Origin: Paludibacteraceae bacterium
GTDB lineage: Bacteria > Bacteroidota > Bacteroidia > Bacteroidales > Paludibacteraceae
Length of the DNA stretch: 64,000 nucleotides
Assembly (NCBI GenBank): GCA_017456885.1
Contig: JAFTIM010000004.1
Location: 188,851 to 252,850, forward strand
Reading direction: 5' to 3'
Shown: positions 53,927 through 61,310 of the stretch, one piece after another
Numbering within the stretch: position 1 is the stretch's first letter
Layout of the letters: every line of letters begins with the position of its first letter
Program-made: the position numbers and the translations under genes
The notes under the pieces: generated by a model
Databases searched by the model: none
What the model saw: only the letters and a program-made list of their open reading frames with translations
Told to the model about the DNA's origin: nothing

Positions 53927-55153
53927 ATGGCATTGGTCAATGAATATTTTTTGGAATTACCCAAAGAAACCGTTTTTTCAAACATCACAAAAGAAGTAGA
54001 GATATTCAAGGTTATACGTCCGACTTCTCAACTCATCGACTTAAGTATCAACGACGTAACTTGCTCATTGGCAGAGCATATAGTAGAAAATATGCACAAA
54101 GCCGTGAACGAAATGGCAGAATCGTCCACTTTTCATGGTTACGGACCGGAACAAGGATACGTTTTTTTGAGAGAGGCCATTATAAAAAACGATTTTAACA
54201 CGCGGGGCATTCACCTCAGCCCGGACGAGATATTTGTAAACGACGGAATCAAAAGCGAGATTGGAAACATTGGCGAGATTCTTGGAAGCGACAATGCCGT
54301 AGGAGTAACCGACCCTATTTACCCCGTATATGTGGAAAGCAACGTCATATCGGGTCGTGCAGGCATTTTCCGCAACGGACATTGGAGCAATGTCAATTAC
54401 CTCGAATGCCTTGAGTCCAACGGCTTTATTCCTCAAATTCCTGACCGACCGATTGATATTGTTTACCTTTGCTCGCCCAACAACCCCACGGGAATGGCAT
54501 TTAGCAAATCGCAACTGAAGAAATGGGTAGATTACGCCTTAAAAAACAACACTTTGATTCTTTTTGACGCCACCTACGAAGCCTACATTCAGGCCCCAAA
54601 CATTCCCCACTCCATTTACGAAATTCGAGGAGCGAAAAAAGTTGCCATCGAATTACGAAGTTTCTCTCGCACAGCCGGGTTTACAGGCATTCGCTGCGGT
54701 TACACCGTCATTCCGAAAGAATTAAACGTACAAACACTCGACGGTCGGCTTCTTTCGATGAATTCGCTATGGAACTATCGCCAACGAATACGTTTCAATG
54801 GAGTTTCGTATGTTACACAATGTGCCGCTGCCGCCATTTATACCGATGAGGGGAAGGTCGAAGTTGAAAAAACAATTGAGTACTACATGAAAAACGTAAT
54901 GTTGATGCGTCGAGGACTTTCCCAAACAAGAATACGACTTTACGGTGGCGAACACATACCTTATTTATGGATTAAAGTACCTCAAGGACATACTTCGTTG
55001 GAATATTTCCGCCTTATGCTCTATGGAGCAAATGTAGTATGCACTCCCGGCACCGCATTTGGTCCGGGTGGCGAAGGCTATGTACGCTTAAGTGCATTCG
55101 CCACAAGAGAAGAGTGCGAAAAAGCAGTGGAAAAACTACGAGAATGGTTGTAA
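53927..55153 (+). CDS. dapL: LL-diaminopimelate aminotransferase
   Basis: MALVNEYFLELP start typical of DapL, class I aminotransferase core (SPNNPTG, SFSRTAGFTGIRCGY). Start trimmed from 53882. Confidence 0.85.
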   Translation: MALVNEYFLELPKETVFSNITKEVEIFKVIRPTSQLIDLSINDVTCSLAEHIVENMHKAVNEMAESSTFHGYGPEQGYVFLREAIIKNDFNTRGIHLSPDEIFVNDGIKSEIGNIGEILGSDNAVGVTDPIYPVYVESNVISGRAGIFRNGHWSNVNYLECLESNGFIPQIPDRPIDIVYLCSPNNPTGMAFSKSQLKKWVDYALKNNTLILFDATYEAYIQAPNIPHSIYEIRGAKKVAIELRSFSRTAGFTGIRCGYTVIPKELNVQTLDGRLLSMNSLWNYRQRIRFNGVSYVTQCAAAAIYTDEGKVEVEKTIEYYMKNVMLMRRGLSQTRIRLYGGEHIPYLWIKVPQGHTSLEYFRLMLYGANVVCTPGTAFGPGGEGYVRLSAFATREECEKAVEKLREWL

Positions 55154-55372
55154 AATCACCTTTTTTTACTACCTAACTCCGTATCAATACTTAGTACTAC
55201 TTTTTTTAAACTAATTCACTATATACCAAAACGTTGGTAATCTTTTTAATGCCACTCTTTACAAACTAATACTATTACACTTGAAGACTACGAGGCAAGC
55301 AGGATAAGGCAGATGGCGTTGGAAAGTTTATGCTAACGAAAAAAAGAGGGAAAAAATAACTTGTTCTTCACA

Positions 55373-55386
55373 ATAACAATTGTTAT
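55373..55386. promoter_or_regulatory. Perfect 14-bp palindrome ATAACAATTGTTAT (possible operator)
   Basis: Self-complementary over 14 nt. It lies about 120 nt upstream of the ATPase promoter box. Confidence 0.3.
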
Positions 55387-55425
55387 GTAGAGCAAAGTAA
55401 TTAGCAGTTGTTTAGCAATACATCA

Positions 55426-55487
55426 ATTCCATTTTGCCGAACAAACTAATGCCAAATTACCGAAAAATATTATTCCATCTTGCCGAA
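55426..55487 (+). repeat. Two 16-nt direct repeats ATTCCATYTTGCCGAA spaced 46 bp apart
   Basis: 55426-55441 and 55472-55487 differ at one position. A related GCC...CCGAA element lies between them. Confidence 0.4.
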
Positions 55488-55503
55488 TATAGAATTAATT
55501 AAT

Positions 55504-55511
55504 TACCTTTG
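55504..55511 (+). promoter_or_regulatory. Bacteroidetes -7 promoter box (TACCTTTG) for the ATPase gene
   Basis: Exact TAnnTTTG, 22 nt upstream of the ATG at 55533. Confidence 0.4.
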
Positions 55512-55532
55512 TAGTAGTAAATGCTTTAATTT

Positions 55533-56816
55533 ATGGATGGTTACAGACATAGAATAATGGATAACCTGCTTGAAAAGAAGTTGCAGGCAAAGGGGGCTGT
55601 GCTGATAGAAGGTCCTAAATGGTGTGGAAAGACCACTACAGCAGAGGAGGTTGCAGCCAGCAAAATATTGTTGGCTCGAACTGATGTAAAAAATAGTTTC
55701 AAGAGCCTATTAGAGATAGATACCGATGCTGCACTATCAGGAGATACGCCCATGCTTATTGACGAGTGGCAGACTGTACCTAAATTATGGGATGCAGTGA
55801 GATACACTGTTGATCATCGCCGTAAAATGGGCCAGTTCATCTTAACGGGTTCTGCAGTCCCCGACAAGGAGGCTGAAGAGGAAAGAGAACATTCGGGAAC
55901 AGGACGCTTTGCTTGGTTAACAATGCGACCTATGACCTTGTTTGAATCTGGTGAATCAAACGGAAAGGTGAGTCTTGGCGATTTGTTTACTGCTCCAGAG
56001 AGAATACTGGAAAAGAATGAACTTAAATTGCAAGACATAGCTTTCCTTATTTGTCGTGGTGGTTGGCCTATGGCTGTCGGATTACCCGAAGAGGCGGCAT
56101 TGGAACAAGCGTTTGATTACTATGATGCTGTAACCAAAGAGGATATAACCAAAGTTGATGGAGTTAAAAGAGCTTCGGAGCGAGTGCAACGTTTAATGAG
56201 AGCATATGCTCGACATCAAGGGACACAGGCATCAGTAGCCACCTTAAAGGCGGACTTGAAAAATAATGATACTGCCACTCTTGATGATGACACTATAAGT
56301 TCTTACCTTGAAGCTCTGAGAAAAATATTCGTTGTAGAAGATATGCCGGCTTGGAATCCGAATCTTCGTTCAAAGACCGCAATTCGTACGGCAGATACAC
56401 GCTATTTTGTCGATCCATCTATTGCAACGGCTGCATTAGGTTTAGGTCCTGCCGATTTAATGAATGACTTAAAGACAATGGGCTTTTTCTTTGAAGCAAT
56501 GTGCGTAAGAGATCTGCGCGTGTTTGCAGAAGCATTAAACGGTAAGGTATATCATTATCGGGATAAAAGCGGTTTGGAATGTGATGCAGTTGTACATCTT
56601 CGAAACGGACAGTATGGACTTATTGAAGTCAAACTCGGAGGCGAGACCTTGATAAACGAAGGTATAGAAACACTGACTTCATTAGCCAAGCAGATTGACA
56701 CAACACGCATGAAAGCACCAGCCTTTAAGATGATATTAACGGCAACTGGCGAACATGCCTATCGTCGCCCCGAAGATGGAATTTACATTGTTCCAATAGG
56801 ATGTTTGAAACAGTAA
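55533..56816 (+). CDS. AAA ATPase with C-terminal DUF4143 (PD-(D/E)xK-like) domain (COG1373 type)
   Basis: Walker A GPKWCGKTT (55611-55637), Walker B MLIDEWQ, C-terminal ECDAVV...LIEVK (about 56580-56633). 427 aa. Confidence 0.8.
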   Translation: MDGYRHRIMDNLLEKKLQAKGAVLIEGPKWCGKTTTAEEVAASKILLARTDVKNSFKSLLEIDTDAALSGDTPMLIDEWQTVPKLWDAVRYTVDHRRKMGQFILTGSAVPDKEAEEEREHSGTGRFAWLTMRPMTLFESGESNGKVSLGDLFTAPERILEKNELKLQDIAFLICRGGWPMAVGLPEEAALEQAFDYYDAVTKEDITKVDGVKRASERVQRLMRAYARHQGTQASVATLKADLKNNDTATLDDDTISSYLEALRKIFVVEDMPAWNPNLRSKTAIRTADTRYFVDPSIATAALGLGPADLMNDLKTMGFFFEAMCVRDLRVFAEALNGKVYHYRDKSGLECDAVVHLRNGQYGLIEVKLGGETLINEGIETLTSLAKQIDTTRMKAPAFKMILTATGEHAYRRPEDGIYIVPIGCLKQ

Positions 56817-56842
56817 ATCAGTATTAATTTGAATCCCTTTTA

Positions 56843-56850
56843 TATCTTTG
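56843..56850 (+). promoter_or_regulatory. Bacteroidetes -7 promoter box (TATCTTTG) upstream of the small ORFs and the DUF262-HEPN pair
   Basis: Exact TAnnTTTG, 27 nt after the ATPase stop. Confidence 0.35.
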
Positions 56851-56924
56851 CATTTGAAAAATCATCAAGATTCCAAAGGTGATATGACGAATGAGTATTC
56901 TACGGACGGTACAACTCTTAGGCA

Positions 56925-57101
56925 ATGTATAGAAGCTATGCCCCATCTACCATCAACTTCACAATACTGGAATCGGTTATAGATGCCTGGCAAGATGATT
57001 ATACCGATATGAGGCGATTCTTCATTTATGGTGAATCATTGGAGTTTGAAGCACTCATGTACAGGATAGAGGAACTTCAAAAACGAGTAAAGATGATGTA
57101 G
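56925..57101 (+). CDS. Small hypothetical ORF (58 aa), possibly the distal part of a frameshifted roughly 72-aa gene starting at 56885
   Basis: ATG...MYRSYAPSTINFTILESVIDAWQDDYTDMRRFFIYGESLEFEALMYRIEELQKRVKMM*. An overlapping 32-codon ORF (MTNEYSTDGTTLRQCIEAMPHLPSTSQYWNRL) would join it if the CCCC run were one C longer. Confidence 0.25.
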   Translation: MYRSYAPSTINFTILESVIDAWQDDYTDMRRFFIYGESLEFEALMYRIEELQKRVKMM

Positions 57102-57193
57102 AAATATGTTTATACATTAAATTTATCTGAAACTTTCAATGTAAATTCTTATATAATTGTAAAACTTGGAACATCCATTAAAACTATAAAATA

Positions 57194-58315
57194 ATGATTG
57201 ACGAACGTATAGATTTGATTGAGGAGGAACAGAATGAGGAATTTTCCAATGATGATTTGTTCAATATCACTTCATGGGGAGCTGACCCCTCTGTTCGAGA
57301 GTTAATATTGCAATATAAAGAAGGTGATATAGAAAAACCTGAGTTGCAAAGAAAATATGTATGGACGAAAAAAGATGCAAGCCGATTTATTGAATCCTTG
57401 TTACTTGGACTTCCCGTACCAAGTATATTTCTCGCTAATATCGAGCAGTCTGGGAAACGCCTAATAATCGATGGATACCAAAGAATCCGTACTCTATATG
57501 ATTTTATAGAAGAAGGAATATGGCATGGTGACGATTCGGAATTTAAATTGTTAAATTCTAATATCATAAATGAACGATGGAGAGGTAAAGCTTTCGCAGA
57601 TTTATCAGAGAATGATAAGCGTAGACTTAAAAATTACACGATCCATGCTATTGTTTTTGAGCAAAAACATCCTTCAAATGATTCTGGTCTTTTCCAAGTT
57701 TTTGAAAGGATAAACACAAGCGGTACTACTTTGAATGACCAGGAAATCCGAAATTGTGTTTATCAAGGTGCGATGAATACCCTTTTATTTGCCGTCAATA
57801 AACACGATAAATGGCGTATTTTATACGGAGGTCAAGAAGAAGATTCCAGAATGATGGATTTGGAATTAATATTGCGTTTTTATGCCTTAAACTGCGGGAA
57901 TGTATATAATTCAGATAAAAAGAAAATCAGTCTAAAACAGACGCTAAATAAGTACATGCAAGATAACATGCATGCATCAGATGAATTTATTAATGAAAAG
58001 GAATCTGAATTTTGTTCTGCTATTGATTTTGTATATACAAACTTTGGAGAAGAAGCGTTCTTTAATCTACAAAATGATTTAACTAAAATTAGACGTAGAT
58101 TATATCCAACAGTTTTTGATTCAATTATGATTGCAACTTCTATTGCCCTCAATAGAGGATATGTTTACAATGGAGAGAATCTGAAAGAAAAGCGTATGAA
58201 CTTACTAAAGGACGCTATGTATAGAGACAGTATTTCTCAGGGAACTATGAAAGTAGACAACATTCGTACTCGTATTTCATTGGCTCTACGATTCTTATAC
58301 GGCATGGAACTATGA
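57194..58315 (+). CDS. DUF262 (ParB/Srx-like) domain protein
   Basis: ELQRKYVW...LLLGLPVPSIFL...IIDGYQR (DGQQR-type motif, 57470-57484)...FERINTSGTTL. 373 aa, with a helical C-terminal half and no DUF1524/HNH visible. Confidence 0.85.
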   Translation: MIDERIDLIEEEQNEEFSNDDLFNITSWGADPSVRELILQYKEGDIEKPELQRKYVWTKKDASRFIESLLLGLPVPSIFLANIEQSGKRLIIDGYQRIRTLYDFIEEGIWHGDDSEFKLLNSNIINERWRGKAFADLSENDKRRLKNYTIHAIVFEQKHPSNDSGLFQVFERINTSGTTLNDQEIRNCVYQGAMNTLLFAVNKHDKWRILYGGQEEDSRMMDLELILRFYALNCGNVYNSDKKKISLKQTLNKYMQDNMHASDEFINEKESEFCSAIDFVYTNFGEEAFFNLQNDLTKIRRRLYPTVFDSIMIATSIALNRGYVYNGENLKEKRMNLLKDAMYRDSISQGTMKVDNIRTRISLALRFLYGMEL

Positions 58316-58803
58316 TAAATAATCCAAATGCACAAACTGCTATAGATGACTGTAATGCGGAATTATCTCGTATTACGGGTATAATAAATGGTGTAGGTAG
58401 CACTAGCCCTCTTTCAGGTTACTTGACAAAATATTCTTTAATTAGAATTTGTGGAACCCTTGAGGTCTGTTATAAAACAATTATTGCAGACTATTATGAA
58501 AATCTTGCTCCTCAGTTAGGAAAGTACATTGGCTATCATTTAAGAGATGCGTCAATGAACCCTACATATGATAATATATGCCAAGCAATAAAACGTTTTG
58601 ATGATGTTAGACAGCAAAATTTTAAGTCCGCTGTTGGTGCTCTGACAAATACGGAAAGTTTAAAAGAATCTTTTTCTGTATTAAATAGAGAAAGAAATAA
58701 AGTTGCTCATGGTATAAACTCAACATTATCATTTAATGATATGAAGAGCCGCTTTTCTGAAGCAATAAAAGTTATAGAAGTTTTAGATTCTGTTATGCTC
58801 TAA
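58312..58803 (+). CDS. HEPN-like protein (R-x4-H motif; RiboL-PSP / MAE_18760-like family suspected)
   Basis: 163 aa and predicted to be all-helical. RNKVAHG (R128...H133, 58693-58710) matches the HEPN R-N-x3-H signature. Its ATG overlaps the DUF262 stop as ATGA. Confidence 0.6.
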   Translation: MINNPNAQTAIDDCNAELSRITGIINGVGSTSPLSGYLTKYSLIRICGTLEVCYKTIIADYYENLAPQLGKYIGYHLRDASMNPTYDNICQAIKRFDDVRQQNFKSAVGALTNTESLKESFSVLNRERNKVAHGINSTLSFNDMKSRFSEAIKVIEVLDSVML

Positions 58804-58840
58804 TCCATCTTAATATCTAGACCTAACCATAACATAAGAG

Positions 58841-58862
58841 TAGCCTGCATTCCAGCAGGCTA
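58841..58862. terminator. Bidirectional terminator between convergent HEPN and endonuclease genes
   Basis: TAGCCTGC-ATTCCA-GCAGGCTA hairpin followed by TTATTGTGTTTT. Confidence 0.55.
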
Positions 58863-58908
58863 TTATTGTGTTTTGATGCTTTATTCAATGATTATAAATC
58901 ACTGTTGT

Positions 58909-59637
58909 TTATCTAGCCATTATCGTGTGATAAACCTTATCAATAAACTTTTCATAGTCATTAAGTATCACTGCACCATCAGGAGCAATACTTGGGTATT
59001 GATGTCTGGAAAGTTCCATTGTAGGAATATTATTGCGATAATGCTCTAAATATTCTGTTTTGGTGGTTACTCTATATTCATTAACCTCTGGCATTGTTTG
59101 AACAACATATATCAATGTTTTATTGGGAGTATGATAAAAACAATCCACATCATCAAAAGAAAGGCGGCAATATTTCGTAATATTATGGTCGGTAAATTCC
59201 TCCCACTTGGATAATTCCCCACTATTTTTGTAATATGGGAGTTTGTCCAGAATGATGAAAATCTGGAAATAAGGGCAATTTGCTGTCCTTATATTCGCCG
59301 TTTCTCCTAGCATGTTTTCAAAGTAATTATTTGAATTCTGAGAATAATTCTGCATAACAAACTTAACCGCAATACCAGCAACATCCTTTTGTGTATGCCT
59401 GTTTTTTATGGTAATATCAACCATTTTATCAACATATCGCCCTTTAATACTAGCCTCTCTGTCATCGCCATATCCTTGTGATTTAACAACATAATTCGCA
59501 CCAAGCCTATTAGCAATATCGTGTGCGATTGCTCCATGAAGAGGCTTCAGTTTTGCTGTACTTCGTGAAGTACCTATTGATACAAAAGACTTAAAAGAGT
59601 CTAGAATCTTCTCCAAAAAAACTTGATTGGTCAACAT
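58909..59637 (-). CDS. Putative type II restriction endonuclease (assigned by context)
   Basis: 242 aa, same strand as the methyltransferase, and its first 47 nt overlap that gene's 3' end. It has a PD-(D/E)xK-like segment VDITIKN-x10-IAVKFV (D74...K92), but the acidic residue of the ExK triad is not obvious. Confidence 0.45.
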   Translation of the reverse strand: MLTNQVFLEKILDSFKSFVSIGTSRSTAKLKPLHGAIAHDIANRLGANYVVKSQGYGDDREASIKGRYVDKMVDITIKNRHTQKDVAGIAVKFVMQNYSQNSNNYFENMLGETANIRTANCPYFQIFIILDKLPYYKNSGELSKWEEFTDHNITKYCRLSFDDVDCFYHTPNKTLIYVVQTMPEVNEYRVTTKTEYLEHYRNNIPTMELSRHQYPSIAPDGAVILNDYEKFIDKVYHTIMAR

Positions 59638-61072
59638 ATTGTTTTTCTGATTTATATGTAATGTAATAATTTATATACTGCTGCACATCTTTTGAGTTAA
59701 ATGTATAGTATCCACCACTTTTGTATTTTTTGAGTAAACTTACATACTTTGCAAATTCTTCACTAATGAGAATACTTTTAATATCTTCAAAAGGGATATT
59801 CAGTTCACTGATTATGTATAATCCGCTATACAATCCACATCCAGCTTTTACAAACTCAATTTTCAGATCTTTTTCTGTGCGAAGTAAAGTGTTAATTGCA
59901 ACTTTATCTTTCCACACATCTGCTAACGCCTGTGTCCTACCGAACTCATAGAATGTTGGATATTCGGTTCTACCTTTTAAAAGAGCGCTTTTATGTTTGT
60001 TAAAATACTCGCAAATAGTATCATCTGAAAGAACTGTATTAGGTGATAATAATTTCCCTCTCTTGTCGTATGGGAATAAACAGTTATACCATTTACCAGT
60101 TGATGCTTTCAACGTCTTGATTGTAATATTAGATTCTGGGATTCCATCTCCGATAAAAACATTGTCAGCCAATGTAGCGAAACCATTCTTGACAGAAACA
60201 TAAGTAGGACATTTTTTGGTCTTAATGTCTCGTAATACATTGAGGCTTTCTTTGTCGGACAGATAGAAATATGAGTCTATAAAACAATCATCCAATTGTA
60301 TGCGGTCGCAGAATTTACGACAACGTTTTATGCTGTCAAAGGTATAGTAGTCAAAATGTTTATCTTTTTTATCCTTCGCAAATAAAGAGATAATAGTATA
60401 TGCCGTTGCATTTTCAAATGGCTGAAAGTGTCCTAAATCTACTAGGGAAACTAAATTTTGTTCTCTAAGAATATACAATCTCATATTATGAGCTGCAACA
60501 CTATTGAGCCATGAACTAGGAGTAATATAACATAATTTGCCAGTTGCATTTAACATTCTAAATCCTAATTCAAAAAATGCTAAATATAAATCTGTCATTC
60601 CACCATTGGCGAATTTGTATTGCTTAACTTCATCATATGAGGAATCTAAATTATGTACACGTACATATGGGGGATTACCAACAACAAAGTCCATTTTCCT
60701 GTCAAATTTTGTAATTGATAGCGAACTTTGATTATATAAATCCCATTTAATATTATCAAGCCCAAATCCTTGTGCGATTTGATTAAGATTTACAATACAT
60801 TGCTGATAAGCAATTTCATCGGTGTCTATTCCATGTATAAATTTTTCAAGATCTTGTTTTATGATACCACTATCTCTGCCTGCTTTCAATGATTCATTAC
60901 AATACCTTGCTACCACCGATTTTAAGAAAGCACCATCACCACAGCTATTATCAATGATATGCTTACCAATTATAGAGGATCCAACATATCCTGCATAATT
61001 CAGCATTTCATCAACAAGATATTGTGGCGTAAATACTTGTCCTATCTTTTTCGTCTTTTTATTTTCTTTCAT
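59591..61072 (-). CDS. Gamma-class N6-adenine DNA methyltransferase (Eco57I/TaqI-like) with a C-terminal target-recognition domain
   Basis: QVFTPQYLVDEM (motif X), DNSCGDGAFL (motif I), NPPY (motif IV, 60665-60676). 493 aa. Confidence 0.9.
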   Translation of the reverse strand: MKENKKTKKIGQVFTPQYLVDEMLNYAGYVGSSIIGKHIIDNSCGDGAFLKSVVARYCNESLKAGRDSGIIKQDLEKFIHGIDTDEIAYQQCIVNLNQIAQGFGLDNIKWDLYNQSSLSITKFDRKMDFVVGNPPYVRVHNLDSSYDEVKQYKFANGGMTDLYLAFFELGFRMLNATGKLCYITPSSWLNSVAAHNMRLYILREQNLVSLVDLGHFQPFENATAYTIISLFAKDKKDKHFDYYTFDSIKRCRKFCDRIQLDDCFIDSYFYLSDKESLNVLRDIKTKKCPTYVSVKNGFATLADNVFIGDGIPESNITIKTLKASTGKWYNCLFPYDKRGKLLSPNTVLSDDTICEYFNKHKSALLKGRTEYPTFYEFGRTQALADVWKDKVAINTLLRTEKDLKIEFVKAGCGLYSGLYIISELNIPFEDIKSILISEEFAKYVSLLKKYKSGGYYTFNSKDVQQYINYYITYKSEKQYVDQSSFFGEDSRLF

Positions 61073-61089
61073 TCCGTCATTGTTTATCT

Positions 61090-61108
61090 TCTCTATGTAA
61101 GAGATACT
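61090..61108. repeat. Left arm of a perfect 19-bp inverted repeat (TCTCTATGTAAGAGATACT)
   Basis: Exact reverse complement of 61263-61281, checked base by base. Confidence 0.95.
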
Positions 61109-61244
61109 GCTATTGATGGAACTTGCTGATTATTAGACGGAATTTTGTTTTATGTATCTGCTTTTGCTAAACAGCCACACACAATTATATGGCTCACAGC
61201 CTTTTTATTGGCTCTAAAAATGGTGATAGTTGCTTTATTTTGCG

Positions 61245-61252
61245 TAATTTTG
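61245..61252 (+). promoter_or_regulatory. Bacteroidetes -7 promoter box (TAATTTTG) inside the IR-flanked segment
   Basis: This is the only TAnnTTTG match on either strand of 61109-61262. After inversion it would lie about 47 nt upstream of the methyltransferase ATG. Confidence 0.4.
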
Positions 61253-61262
61253 CAGTAAATTA

Positions 61263-61281
61263 AGTATCTCTTACATAGAGA
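61263..61281. repeat. Right arm of a perfect 19-bp inverted repeat (AGTATCTCTTACATAGAGA)
   Basis: Exact reverse complement of 61090-61108. Confidence 0.95.
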
Positions 61282-61310
61282 GCAATCATTTTGCTAAATA
61301 TCTTTACTTC

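Larger units (their letters stand above)
61090..61281. promoter_or_regulatory. Candidate invertible promoter segment (inverton) controlling the R-M operon
   Basis: 19-bp inverted repeats flank a 154-bp spacer next to a tyrosine recombinase gene. The spacer holds one TAnnTTTG box, which currently faces away from the R-M genes. Confidence 0.6.
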
